Shown here piece by piece: positions 8,574 to 18,920 of a stretch of DNA of 64,000 nucleotides (position 1 is the stretch's first letter; each line of letters begins with the position of its first letter). The stretch is from an uncultured Desulfatitalea sp. (GTDB lineage Bacteria; Desulfobacterota; Desulfobacteria; Desulfobacterales; Desulfosarcinaceae): contig CAXXMB010000002.1 of NCBI GenBank assembly GCA_963668675.2, positions 3,136,001-3,200,000 on the forward strand, written 5' to 3'. Under the pieces are notes generated by a model that was given only the letters and a program-made list of their open reading frames with translations, had not been told where the DNA came from and searched no databases. A program made the position numbers and the translations under genes.

Positions 8574-10333
8574 AAATGTCGATGCGAAATTTATTATTTA
8601 CACCGCCACCCGTTGGTACTTCGGGCGCAGTTTCGGATTTCAGGGCCTACTACCGTCAATTGGAGCGACGATTCATATTGGGATTGCTGTTGGCGTTTCT
8701 GCTGCCGCTGGTGCTTCTCTCCGCTTACTTCCATTACCAATTCCATGTCACCCTCAAAGAGACCGGCAAGCTTAATCTGGCTGCCATTGCCGAAAGCCAG
8801 CGCAATACAGTGGATCTTTTTCTCCAGGAGCGCCTGGTCAATCTCTTCGCCCTGTTCAACAGCAACGCCTTCGAACTGGCGCCGTCCCAAAACAATATGG
8901 AACGACTGCTTCAGCAATTGCAGCGCGCCAGCGACGCCTTTATCGATGTCGGCTTCTTAACCGATCTGGGGGTGCAGTCCGGATATGCCGGTCCGTTTCC
9001 CTCCCTGCACAACAAGGACTACAGTGCTCAGAAGTGGTTTGTGGAGCTGATGTCGCCGGATCATGACCGCTATATCAGCGACATCTATCTTGGTTTCCGC
9101 AACAAGCCTCACTTTACCATTGCCGCCAAGCAAACGATCGACAACCAGGCCTACGTGTTGCGAGCCACCCTAGATCCAGACAAGTTCTATCTCTTTTTGA
9201 AAACCATCAACCACGGCAAGGGGGTCGAATCGATCCTGGTCAACCGGGAGGGGCGCATTCAACTGGCCGATCCCTGGTCCCACGCGCCACTGGATGAGAG
9301 CACCTATCTGCCGCCCGACGATGTCCTCTCCGGAGCGCAAACCATCCGCACCAACGGCGATTCGGTGCTCATCGGCCATGCATGGCTGAAAGAGGTGCCC
9401 TGGGCGTTGCTGGTCAGCGAGCCGCTGAACATCGCCTATGCGCAACTTTACCAGGCGCGCCGGATTATGTTGATCAGCTCCACCGTTATCTTGCTGCTCG
9501 TCGCAGTAGGCATCTGGGTGGCCACGCACGCCCTGATCGCCAAGGCCAGGGAGAATGCCGAGAAGCGGGAGGAGTTGTCGGGTCAACTGCTGCACGCCTC
9601 CAAGCTGGCGTCGCTGGGTGAACTCGCCACCGGAGTGGCCCATGAAATCAACAATCCCCTGGCCATCATCGTGGCCACCACCGGTGTGATCAAGGACATG
9701 TTCAACCCCGAGTTCCATCTGGACTGGACGCCGGAGCAGATTACCGAAGAGCTCAACACGGTGGAGGAGGCCGTATTTAGGGCCAGGCGGATTACCCAGC
9801 AACTGCTCAACTACGGACACAAGACCTCGCCTCAACTGGTGCTGTCGGACGTCAATGCCATTCTGGAAGAGGTCCTGGGGGGTTTCAAGGAGCGGTCGCT
9901 GGAGCTGGCCGATATCGAAGTCATCCGGCAGTTCGATGCCCATTTGCCACACATTCTGGTGGACCATGATCTGATCCGGCAGGTGTTTTTGAACCTGATC
10001 AACAATGCCGGCGACGCCATCGAAGGTCCCGGTCGCATAACGATCGCAACGCATCAAAACAGTGACGCGGTGCATGTTGTTGTGACGGACACCGGTAAAG
10101 GCATGGACGGCGAACAGATGAAGCACATTTTTGATCCGTTTTTTACGACGAAAGAGGTTGGGAAGGGGACCGGACTGGGACTGAGTGTCTCCATCGGCAT
10201 CGTTGAGTCGATGGGCGGCCGTTTGGAGGTGCAGAGTCTACCGGGCGCCGGCAGCGCATTTACAGTGGTGCTGCCCAAAACGGCAAACAAAGGAGCCATC
10301 AATGGGAAATACGATAGCGATGAGCGGCGGTAA
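8570..10333 (+). CDS. Membrane sensor histidine kinase with Cache-type sensor domain
   Basis: Two TMs, YAGP..WF..SDIYLGFRNKPHF sensor motif, AHEINNPL, FFTTKEVGKGTGLGL. Confidence 0.93.
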   Translation: MKMSMRNLLFTPPPVGTSGAVSDFRAYYRQLERRFILGLLLAFLLPLVLLSAYFHYQFHVTLKETGKLNLAAIAESQRNTVDLFLQERLVNLFALFNSNAFELAPSQNNMERLLQQLQRASDAFIDVGFLTDLGVQSGYAGPFPSLHNKDYSAQKWFVELMSPDHDRYISDIYLGFRNKPHFTIAAKQTIDNQAYVLRATLDPDKFYLFLKTINHGKGVESILVNREGRIQLADPWSHAPLDESTYLPPDDVLSGAQTIRTNGDSVLIGHAWLKEVPWALLVSEPLNIAYAQLYQARRIMLISSTVILLLVAVGIWVATHALIAKARENAEKREELSGQLLHASKLASLGELATGVAHEINNPLAIIVATTGVIKDMFNPEFHLDWTPEQITEELNTVEEAVFRARRITQQLLNYGHKTSPQLVLSDVNAILEEVLGGFKERSLELADIEVIRQFDAHLPHILVDHDLIRQVFLNLINNAGDAIEGPGRITIATHQNSDAVHVVVTDTGKGMDGEQMKHIFDPFFTTKEVGKGTGLGLSVSIGIVESMGGRLEVQSLPGAGSAFTVVLPKTANKGAINGKYDSDERR

Positions 10334-12371
10334 CGGATTGCCGAGCGTACTGCTAATTGACGATGAAAATGAATTTCGCAAGGGATTGGCCCAGCAGCTG
10401 ATTGTTCGAAACTACAAAGTGATTGATGCGGACAACGGAGAGGATGCCATCAAGATCGTGCGTCATGAGAATCCGGAAGTGGTGATCCTGGACCAGAAGA
10501 TGCCGGGTATGGACGGTATTCAGACCTTGAAGGAGATCAAGAAGGTCAGGCCGGAAGTTCAGGTGATCATGCATACCGGCCACGGGACCACCGAATCGGC
10601 CCGTATTACAGGCAAACATGATGTTTTCCGCTATATCGAAAAACCGTGTCCTTTGGACGACCTGATCGATTCCATCCAGGCGGCCGCGGTAGAGCGGGTC
10701 AAAGCGCTGGCACGTCATGAAATCCCAGACATCGAGCGAACCAGTATCAAGCAGTGGCTGATCGGTGCTCACAATGCGAGGCCCGGGATTATCATATTGG
10801 GGGCCATGCTTTTTTTTCTGATCGCGTTGATGCCCATCCCCCACTCTTTGAAAAATCTGATCACGACACCCAAGCAGGGGAGGGCCGGGGAGTCCATTGC
10901 CGGCTATTCAGATTATAAAAAAATGAGACCGGGTGAATCGATCGTAGATTTCTACAGCGCCAAGGCGAAAATATACAATAAAAGCACAAATGCCGAAGGA
11001 AAGAGCGTCAAAGGCCCCGCCACCTATCAGCAGGTGGCGTTGCGAACAAAGGTGATGGTCGGGGTGCTGGTCCTGGCGGCGCTGTTCTGGGCAACAGGTG
11101 CTATTCCCATCGGGGTGACCGCACTGCTGGTCGGGGTACTGATGTACTTTTTTGGGGTTTTCACACCGGGCGATGTGGCCAAGGCATATGCTAAGGACTC
11201 TGTGATCTTTATCTTCAGTGTGCTGGCCTTGGCTGCAGCGATAAGCAAGACCGGCCTCGACCGGCGCATCGGTATTCTGCTGTTGGGAACAAGTACCAAT
11301 TTGGTAAAATTCGGTCTGATTTTTGCCCCGTTGCTATCAGTCACGGCATCTTTTTTGTCCGAGCATGCGCTGGTGGCCTTTATCGCACCCATATTGATGA
11401 TGGTGTACCTTGGCGCGATCAGGGCAGCCGGTCTGGAAAAAGACAAAGCGCTGGTGGTCATGTTGCTGTTGATGCTCACCTTTTGCGGCAATGTGGGCGG
11501 ACCGGGATCACCTGCCGCCGGTGGGCGCAATGCGGTGATGCTCGGTATTTTTGCAGATTATGGTGTGCAGCTCACCTTCGGGCAGTGGGTTGCGCGCGGG
11601 TTGCCCTTTGTGCCGGTGATGTCGTTGACTATCGCCGCCTATTTCCTCATCGTTTGCCGGAAGAAAATCCTATCTCCCAATGTGAACGTGGCTGCCGAAG
11701 TGCGCCGGGAAGCTGAAAAGATCGGAAAGATGACGCCGGATGAATACAAAGCCGCGTTTGTGCTGGTTCTGTTGATTATCATGTGGGCCACGCTATCCGA
11801 TAGCATGGGTATGGGGGGGCCGGCCTTGCTAGCGCTGGTGCTGCTCAACCTGCTGGGCATCCTGCGATGGAAGGATATCAATGGGATCCATTGGGACGTG
11901 GTGGCCCTTTATGCGGCTGCCAGTGCCATGGGGTATGGCTTGGCAGCCTCTGGCGCCGCCCTGTGGCTGGCCTCTGCTTTCGTGAATTTGCTCCCCGACG
12001 CTCTTATGGCGGGGACCGGTTTGTGCATCTCCACAAGCCTGATCACAGGTATTATGACCAATTTTATGAGCGACGGCGCCACTGTGGCCGCCATTGGTCC
12101 GATCACTGTGCCGATGGCCACCCTGTCGGGAACATCTCCGTTGCTGGTCGGCTTGTCGACGGCCTTTGCTTCATCTTTTGCACACATCCTTATTATCGGC
12201 ACCCCTAACAATGCGATCGTTTTCAGTATCGCCAAGGATCCGGAAACGGGTGAACAGCTGATTACCATGAAGGATTTTTTGGTTCATGGGACGATGGTTT
12301 TTCTTCTGAGTATGCTGGTGCTTTGGGTCTGGGTGTTCTGGGGATATTGGCGATGGTTCGGATTTTTTTAA
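10302..12371 (+). CDS. Receiver domain fused to an SLC13/DASS-family permease
   Basis: ATG 10302 after AGGAG; N-terminal REC (LLIDDE, ILDQKMPG, TGHG, KP); multi-TM domain with MSDGAT and IGTPNNAIVF motifs. Confidence 0.88.
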   Translation: MGNTIAMSGGNGLPSVLLIDDENEFRKGLAQQLIVRNYKVIDADNGEDAIKIVRHENPEVVILDQKMPGMDGIQTLKEIKKVRPEVQVIMHTGHGTTESARITGKHDVFRYIEKPCPLDDLIDSIQAAAVERVKALARHEIPDIERTSIKQWLIGAHNARPGIIILGAMLFFLIALMPIPHSLKNLITTPKQGRAGESIAGYSDYKKMRPGESIVDFYSAKAKIYNKSTNAEGKSVKGPATYQQVALRTKVMVGVLVLAALFWATGAIPIGVTALLVGVLMYFFGVFTPGDVAKAYAKDSVIFIFSVLALAAAISKTGLDRRIGILLLGTSTNLVKFGLIFAPLLSVTASFLSEHALVAFIAPILMMVYLGAIRAAGLEKDKALVVMLLLMLTFCGNVGGPGSPAAGGRNAVMLGIFADYGVQLTFGQWVARGLPFVPVMSLTIAAYFLIVCRKKILSPNVNVAAEVRREAEKIGKMTPDEYKAAFVLVLLIIMWATLSDSMGMGGPALLALVLLNLLGILRWKDINGIHWDVVALYAAASAMGYGLAASGAALWLASAFVNLLPDALMAGTGLCISTSLITGIMTNFMSDGATVAAIGPITVPMATLSGTSPLLVGLSTAFASSFAHILIIGTPNNAIVFSIAKDPETGEQLITMKDFLVHGTMVFLLSMLVLWVWVFWGYWRWFGFF

Positions 12372-12437
12372 CGGTCCCGTCGTCGGTTTTGCAAGGTGAA
12401 TCAATCGTAACTAACCCATCAGAACGGAGAACATACC

Positions 12438-12926
12438 ATGGAAATGAATAAAATCGATTTGTTAATTGTCGATGACGAGGAGCAGTTTTTAAATTCCATC
12501 AGCCGCAGCCTGGAGATGCGGGATTTCAACGTCACTGCCGTCAACCGGGGCGACAAGGCACTCGAGGCTGCCCGGTCTCATCCCATTGATATCGCACTGG
12601 TGGATTTGAAAATGCCTGGTATGGATGGACAGGAGACCCTCGAAGCACTCAAAAAGCAGCACCCCTGGATGGAGATCGTGATCCTCACCGGACACGGCAC
12701 CATCGATTCGGCGGCTGCCTGCACACGGGCAGGGGCCTTTTCCTACCTGCAGAAGCCCTGTGAATTCGATCGCCTGTTGGAGACACTGACTCAGGCCTTT
12801 AAGCAGCGTGTCATGAACAAAAAGCAGATCGAAGAGAAAAAAATGGATTCCATGCTGCGAATTTCAATGGGCCTTTCACCCCGGGAAATTCTCAACAAGC
12901 TGCGCGAGATCGATCAGCGCGAGTAG
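12438..12926 (+). CDS. Stand-alone response regulator
   Basis: LIVDDE, LVDLKMPG, LTGHG, YLQKP. Confidence 0.92.
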   Translation: MEMNKIDLLIVDDEEQFLNSISRSLEMRDFNVTAVNRGDKALEAARSHPIDIALVDLKMPGMDGQETLEALKKQHPWMEIVILTGHGTIDSAAACTRAGAFSYLQKPCEFDRLLETLTQAFKQRVMNKKQIEEKKMDSMLRISMGLSPREILNKLREIDQRE

Positions 12927-12936
12927 GACAAACACA

Positions 12937-12983
12937 AGGGCACAAAGAGAAAATATTTTTTGACCTGGTTCTCTTTGTGCCCT
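12937..12983. terminator. 15-bp perfect inverted repeat between convergent genes (possible bidirectional terminator)
   Basis: AGGGCACAAAGAGAA (12937-12951) / TTCTCTTTGTGCCCT (12969-12983). Confidence 0.6.
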
Positions 12984-13028
12984 CTAAAATCCTAAAGAAA
13001 GGCCGGAAGGCCGCTATCAAGTGGGACA

Positions 13029-13181
13029 CTAAATATTGCCGCCTTTGCGCAGCAGCGATCTGGCCTCGGCCGATCGAATGCGCTCCTCCTGTTCATTCTT
13101 CTTCTTTCGCGCATCCTCCAGCTTGGCTTCGAGTTCTTTGAAATAAGCCGGCTTGAGCAGGTAGTCAAACGCAGCCAATTT
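13029..13181 (-). pseudogene. C-terminal remnant of a response regulator paralogous to 15014-15460
   Basis: Hand translation KLAAFDYLLKPAYFKELEAKLEDARKKKNEQEERIRSAEARSLLRKGGNI* aligns with KLGAFDYLLKPADFEDLAAKLEGAKKKKDEQEERIRQAEARLLLRKGGNI*; the N-terminal REC core is missing. Confidence 0.85.
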
Positions 13182-13183
13182 TA

Positions 13184-14770
13184 TTACACAAGCCCCAGGA
13201 ATTTCCACCAGACAAAGGCCACGGCTACCAGCATGGTGATCAGGATGGGGGTCGCCACCAGGCCGGCTTTGGTAATATCAGAGGCCTTGAATTGCCTGAA
13301 GCTGTAGGCGATGGCATTGGGCGGACAGCCGATGACCAGCAGCATGGCGAAGGATGTGGCGGTCCCCAGGCAGAGTGCCAGTACAGCCGGGTTGACCCCT
13401 TCAAGCTGTGCCATGGGAATCACGATCGGCAGAATCAATGCCGCTGCTGCCACGTTGGCCATTGCATTGGTCACCAGGGCGCCGAATACTGCCACACCGA
13501 CAAAAAGAAGCAGCCATCCGCCGCCTTTGACCAACGGAAAGAAGATATTGGCGAAGTAGTCGGCTGCGCCCGAGTAGCCCATGGCCAATCCCAGGGAGAT
13601 GCCGCCACCGAAAATGAAAAGCGCGGTTCCCCATTCCAGGTTTTCGTGGATATCGTCCCACTTTAAAATACCGGCCAGGACCAGGGCTGCCACGCCCAAC
13701 ATCCCCGTCACCGAGTAGTCGAGGCCGTGGATGCCCTTGGTCAGCCAGAGCACGAAGGCGAAGCAGATGATCACCAGTGTGATGATCTCCTGGAAGGACC
13801 AGGGCGGCATCTTTTCGTCTAATTTAGGGAGTTCAAGGGTTTTGTCCGGCCGAAACACCAGATAGCAGATCACCACAGACGCCGGTACCGTCACGATGGC
13901 CATGGGCATGGCGTATTTGATCCAGTCCATAAATGTGAGTTCGATTCCGGTGAATTCTTTCAGAAAGGCCGCCGACACCATGCATCGTCCGCCACCGATC
14001 AGCGTACCCATTCCTCCACAGGAGCAGGCGAACGCCAGCGAGATGAGCATAAATCTGGCTGTGTTGGAGTAGGGTTTTATGTCGGCAGCCCGCATCAAGG
14101 GCAGCATGGTGACGATGCCGATGGAGACAGCGGCAGCGTCATGCATGAACATGGAGGCCAACCCGAGACCAGTACTGATGACGAAAGTGAAGCGGACCAC
14201 ATTGCTGCCGGCCTTTTGAACGATAAAATGCCCCAATCGTTTCGTCAGCCCGGCTTTATCCAGGGAGATGGCAAAGATAAGACAGCACATGATAAAGACG
14301 ACAACGGGGTGCATGTAAGGCGCCCAGGCGGTTTTCGCATCAACGATCCCCATGAAGACAAGGGATGCGCCGATGAGGATCGCCGTGATTTCCAGGGGGA
14401 TCGGCTCCGCCAGGAAGAGGAAGATCAGTACGGCCAAAACCGCTAGGAAGCGCATGGCCTTGACAGACAAACCATTGATGTAGTCGACTTGAATGACGCC
14501 ATCCTTGAAGCCCTTGGCCAGATCAAGCAGGTATTGGTCTGGTGCAGATGACGCTGCCGGTTCGCGCACCTCTACACTATAGCTGCTGGAAATAGGCTGT
14601 TCCGCGTCGATCAGACTGTACCGGTCTTTAATGGTTTCGTAAAAGAGCCGGTTATTGTCACCCGAAATTTTGAAGCGGGTACCTTCCGGCCTGGGAAGGA
14701 GCAGGATGATGGCCCCGAGGATACAGGCAAACACAATTTGCATATTTTTGGATTTGGTTACCGATAGCAT
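13184..14770 (-). CDS. SLC13/DASS family di/tricarboxylate or anion transporter (copy 2)
   Basis: Multi-TM protein with MHDAAA, MANVAAAA, IGCPPNAIAY; ATG 14770 chosen by alignment with the paralog. Confidence 0.9.
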   Translation of the reverse strand: MLSVTKSKNMQIVFACILGAIILLLPRPEGTRFKISGDNNRLFYETIKDRYSLIDAEQPISSSYSVEVREPAASSAPDQYLLDLAKGFKDGVIQVDYINGLSVKAMRFLAVLAVLIFLFLAEPIPLEITAILIGASLVFMGIVDAKTAWAPYMHPVVVFIMCCLIFAISLDKAGLTKRLGHFIVQKAGSNVVRFTFVISTGLGLASMFMHDAAAVSIGIVTMLPLMRAADIKPYSNTARFMLISLAFACSCGGMGTLIGGGRCMVSAAFLKEFTGIELTFMDWIKYAMPMAIVTVPASVVICYLVFRPDKTLELPKLDEKMPPWSFQEIITLVIICFAFVLWLTKGIHGLDYSVTGMLGVAALVLAGILKWDDIHENLEWGTALFIFGGGISLGLAMGYSGAADYFANIFFPLVKGGGWLLLFVGVAVFGALVTNAMANVAAAALILPIVIPMAQLEGVNPAVLALCLGTATSFAMLLVIGCPPNAIAYSFRQFKASDITKAGLVATPILITMLVAVAFVWWKFLGLV

Positions 14771-15013
14771 CGATCGTTCTCCTAGATGCCACCGACGCAT
14801 GGCTTCAGGCCGCGTGCCGGGAAAGAGTGTTGTTTTAAAAGACGGTGGAAATGGTGTGACGTGTCCCGTCAACTGCCCGGCGGGGAGGGACTATGTGTGG
14901 CTGTTCTTGTCACCCGCAAAAGAGTTCAGTGGTGCGGCCGGCCCACCCCTGTGCTTTACCGTTCAAGGTCAGCAACGGGAATGGGCTTAGGGTTCAACAG
15001 TGTTTGCTCGATG

Positions 15014-15460
15014 TCAGATATTGCCGCCCTTTCGCAGGAGCAATCTCGCTTCGGCCTGGCGAATTCGCTCTTCCTGTTCGTCTTTTTTCTTCTTGGCGCC
15101 CTCGAGTTTGGCGGCCAGATCTTCAAAATCGGCAGGTTTGAGCAGATAGTCGAAGGCGCCCAGCTTCATGCCCTCCACGGCCGTATCGGTGGTGCCGTGT
15201 CCGGTTAGCAGGATCACCTCGACCAGGGGGTACATGCCTTTGATTTCACGAAGGGTCTGAATGCCGTCCATGCCAGGCATTTTGATATCCAAAATCACCA
15301 CATCGATGGGGGATTGGGCCAACGACTCGAGACACTCCTGCCCGCTGTAGGCGGCGGATACATGCTCACCGGCTTCCGACAACCGCATGGAGAGCATCTC
15401 TACAAAATCTTTTTCATCATCAACCAGCAAGATTCTGGTCGGTATCTTAATCATGGTCAT
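15014..15460 (-). CDS. Stand-alone response regulator
   Basis: LLVDDE, ILDIKMPG, LTGHG, YLLKP. Confidence 0.93.
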   Translation of the reverse strand: MTMIKIPTRILLVDDEKDFVEMLSMRLSEAGEHVSAAYSGQECLESLAQSPIDVVILDIKMPGMDGIQTLREIKGMYPLVEVILLTGHGTTDTAVEGMKLGAFDYLLKPADFEDLAAKLEGAKKKKDEQEERIRQAEARLLLRKGGNI

Positions 15461-15512
15461 TGTCTCCTTTGGATGGTGGTCTTCTCTTTCTATCGGATGG
15501 GGAATAATTCTG

Positions 15513-16682
15513 TCACAGCAATCCCTGTTCTGGCTTCATGGGGCTACGGTTGGGAAGGACGACGTTCACGCTCGTTCCCACGCCAATACGACTTTGAACC
15601 TCGATGGTGCCCCCAAGTTTGTCGACGATCTGCCGGGTCACGAAAAGGCCGAGTCCGGTTCCTTCCCCCGGAGGTTTGTCGCTGAAAAAGGGCTCGAAAA
15701 TCTTTTTCATATTCTCCTTGGGGATGCCCTTGCCGGTATCGCTGATGAGGAGCGTTGTGCTCTCCCGATCGGCTTCGATATGAACCGATATCGTGCCTTG
15801 TGAACCGGTTGCGTGGATGGCATTGGTCAGCAGATTAATCAGAATCTGCCGAACCTGATTGGGGTCAATCCAGATGGGAGGAAGATTTTCGCCTGCTGTC
15901 TGTATGAGTTGTATCTCTTTGTTGGCGGCTTCTTTGCGGACGAGGTGAAGCGTCTCTTGGGCCAGCTCTTTCAGATCAACTTCGGCGACGACAGGCTCGT
16001 GCTTGCGGACACTGCCCAGCAATTGATGGGTGATGGCTCTGGCGCGTTTCACGGCATTACTGATTTTTCCAACGGCCTTTTCGAAATCACTCCGGCGAGG
16101 CATACCGGCCAGCTCCTCCTTTTTGAGCAGCAGATCCAGATAACCGGCAGCTTCGTTGATGATCGCCAGCGGATTGTTAATCTCGTGGGCCACACCGGCT
16201 GCCAGCGTGCCCAGGGAGGCCAACCGCTCCGTGGCAATCATCTGCTGCTCGATTCTGGCCTTGTAGGCCGCCTCCTGCCGGCGCTCCTCATCCCTGATTT
16301 GTTTTTCGTACGCCTGTTTGATCTTCTCCAGCAGATGCTCGAATTCGATGGGCTTGCTGAGGTAGTCGAACGCGCCCGATTTGATGCCCTCCACACCGTC
16401 CTGAGTGGTCGAGTGGCCTGTGAGGAAGATCACTTCGGTTTGAGGCCACTCCGATTTTATTCGTTTGAGGGCTTCGATGCCGTCAAGGCCGGGCATTTTC
16501 ATGTCCAACACCACAACATCCACCGGTTCGGCCTTCATCATGGCGAGACCCTCCTCGCCACTGCCGGCCTGGCGAGCCGTCAGCCCTCTTTTCCCCAGGC
16601 GTTTGAACAACGTGTGGCGAAAATGGTCCTCGTCATCGATGAGGAGCAGGCGGATGTTATGGAGGTGTTCCGCTGTCATCAT
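15513..16682 (-). CDS. Cytoplasmic REC-histidine kinase hybrid
   Basis: N-terminal REC followed by AHEINNPL and GEGTGLGL HATPase; no TM. Confidence 0.92.
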   Translation of the reverse strand: MMTAEHLHNIRLLLIDDEDHFRHTLFKRLGKRGLTARQAGSGEEGLAMMKAEPVDVVVLDMKMPGLDGIEALKRIKSEWPQTEVIFLTGHSTTQDGVEGIKSGAFDYLSKPIEFEHLLEKIKQAYEKQIRDEERRQEAAYKARIEQQMIATERLASLGTLAAGVAHEINNPLAIINEAAGYLDLLLKKEELAGMPRRSDFEKAVGKISNAVKRARAITHQLLGSVRKHEPVVAEVDLKELAQETLHLVRKEAANKEIQLIQTAGENLPPIWIDPNQVRQILINLLTNAIHATGSQGTISVHIEADRESTTLLISDTGKGIPKENMKKIFEPFFSDKPPGEGTGLGLFVTRQIVDKLGGTIEVQSRIGVGTSVNVVLPNRSPMKPEQGLL

Positions 16683-16720
16683 AAAACTCCGCTATGCACG
16701 ATATTTTCGTTGGGCACCCG

Positions 16721-18307
16721 TTATACCAAACCTAATATCTTCCACCAGACGGCTGCAACAAGAATTAATATAATCAGCAGCACGGGTGTGGCGACAAGAC
16801 CGACCTTGGTGATATCGGATGCTTTGAATTGACGGAAGCTATAGGCAATGGCGTTGGGCGGGCAGCCGATGACCAGCAGCATGGCGAACGAAGTGGCGGT
16901 TCCCAGGCACAGTGCCAACACCCGGGGATCGACGCCTTCCAGTTCCGCCATCGGTATGACGATGGGCAGGATCAAGGCGGCTGCAGCCACATTGGCCATG
17001 GCATTGGTCACCAGCGCCCCGAAGACAGCCACACCGGCAAACAGCAGAAGCCAGCCGCCGCCTTTGACCAGCGGAAAAAACAGGTTTGCAAAGTAGGTCG
17101 CGGCGCCTGAATACCCCATGGCCAGCCCTAAAGAGATACCGCCGCCGAAAATGAAGAGGGCCGTTCCCCACTCCAGGTTTTCATGGACGTCATCCCATTT
17201 CAGGATGCCGGCCAACACAAGCGCTGCCACGGCCAGCATGCCGGTCACCGAGTAATCGAGTCCATGCATCCCCTTGGTCAACCACAAGAGAAACGCCGCC
17301 GCTATGATGACCAGGGTGATGATCTCCTTGTAGGACCAAGGCGGCATTTTATCATCGAACTTGGGCAGTTCCAGGGTCTTGTCCGGTCGGAATACCAGAT
17401 AGCACACCCCCACGGCAGCAGGCACCGTCACCAGGGCCATGGGCATGGCGAACTTGATCCAATCCATGAAATTGATCTCAATCCCCGTGAACTCCTTGAG
17501 AAACGCGGCCGAGACCATGCAGCGCCCGCCGCCGATAAGGGTTCCCATACCGCCGCAGGAGCAGGCGAACGCAAGGGAGATCAACATGAACTTGGCCGTG
17601 TTGGTATGGGGATGGATGCCGGCGGCGCGCATAAGCGGCAGCATGGTAACGATGCCAATGGAGACCGCGGCGGCGTCGTGCATAAACGACGACGAGAGGC
17701 CTAACCCGATACTGATCAGAAACGTAAAGCGAACCACGTTGGTGCCGGCCTTCTGCACGATGAAATGCCCCAACCGTTTGGTCAGGCCCGCTTTTTCCAG
17801 GGAGATGGCAAAAATCAGGCAGCACATGATGAAGACCACCACCGGATGCATATAGGGCGCCCAGGCGGTTTTCACATCCACTATCTGCATGGCCACCAGG
17901 GAGACACCGATAAGGATGGCGGTAATTTCAAGGGGAATGGGTTCAACCAGAAAGAGGAAAATCAGCACGGCCAAAATGGCCAGAAACCGCATCGCTTTGG
18001 GGGAGAGGCCGTCGACGGTTTCATATTGGACCTGGCTGTTTTTATGCGCCTCGATTTTGCTCTTTAGGTAACCCTCCACGGATTCCATATCGCCCGACGC
18101 CTGGAGCTCGACCGTATAGTTATCGGGTGTGGCGTCGTTTGATGTGACCATTTCGAATTGTCCACGAATGGTCTCGTAAAATCGATGATCACTATCACCC
18201 GATATGGTGAATCGCGTTCCTTCCGGCCTGGGCAGCATCATGATGACAACGCCCAGGAACAAGGCGCAAAGTATTTGAACATGTTTCGATTTGAGAAGGG
18301 ATAACAT
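16721..18307 (-). CDS. SLC13/DASS family transporter (copy 1)
   Basis: Close paralog of 13184-14770 with the same motifs; RBS AAGGAG. Confidence 0.9.
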   Translation of the reverse strand: MLSLLKSKHVQILCALFLGVVIMMLPRPEGTRFTISGDSDHRFYETIRGQFEMVTSNDATPDNYTVELQASGDMESVEGYLKSKIEAHKNSQVQYETVDGLSPKAMRFLAILAVLIFLFLVEPIPLEITAILIGVSLVAMQIVDVKTAWAPYMHPVVVFIMCCLIFAISLEKAGLTKRLGHFIVQKAGTNVVRFTFLISIGLGLSSSFMHDAAAVSIGIVTMLPLMRAAGIHPHTNTAKFMLISLAFACSCGGMGTLIGGGRCMVSAAFLKEFTGIEINFMDWIKFAMPMALVTVPAAVGVCYLVFRPDKTLELPKFDDKMPPWSYKEIITLVIIAAAFLLWLTKGMHGLDYSVTGMLAVAALVLAGILKWDDVHENLEWGTALFIFGGGISLGLAMGYSGAATYFANLFFPLVKGGGWLLLFAGVAVFGALVTNAMANVAAAALILPIVIPMAELEGVDPRVLALCLGTATSFAMLLVIGCPPNAIAYSFRQFKASDITKVGLVATPVLLIILILVAAVWWKILGLV

Positions 18308-18445
18308 CAATATTCTCCTTGGTGCCCACGAGCAATATACGTATCACTTCCTGGGAATGATGGGTTCGTCACGTATGTGTTGATGAGTAGGCGATGCAAG
18401 GCCTTTTCGGTTGACCGATGCCTCCCAATCGATGACGGTGCCGTA

Positions 18446-18850
18446 TCAGCCATCCTGACCTCTTTTATGCGCCTCCTTGATTTTAGCGATCAAGTCATGC
18501 AATTCGCACGGCTTGGTGAGGTAGTCAAACGCCCCCTCCTTGATGCCATCTTTGGCCGCTTCTTCTGAACCGTGGCCCGTCAACATGATCACATTGATAT
18601 GGGGTACCATCCTCTTCAGGATTTTCAGGACCTCGATGCCGTCCATGTCTTCGAGTTTGAGATCCAGGACGATGACATCGAAATCCGTGTCTCGAAGCTT
18701 TTGAATCGCTTCTGTGCCGCTGAAGGCTTTGGTCGCGACAATATTGCGTTTCAAAAGCCGATTGGCCAAAACATTGACGTAGCAAATCTCATCGTCAACC
18801 AATAAGACATTGATGGGAGCGCTTTTGTCGCCACGTTCAGCAGTCATCAT
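18446..18850 (-). CDS. Stand-alone response regulator
   Basis: LLVDDE, VLDLKL, LTGHG, YLTKP. Confidence 0.92.
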   Translation of the reverse strand: MMTAERGDKSAPINVLLVDDEICYVNVLANRLLKRNIVATKAFSGTEAIQKLRDTDFDVIVLDLKLEDMDGIEVLKILKRMVPHINVIMLTGHGSEEAAKDGIKEGAFDYLTKPCELHDLIAKIKEAHKRGQDG

Positions 18851-18920
18851 TTATCCTCTTTGTACCTTTTTTCTCCGGGCAACGCCGGGCGTGAATGCAG
18901 GAACGACCTCGCGGTGAGCA

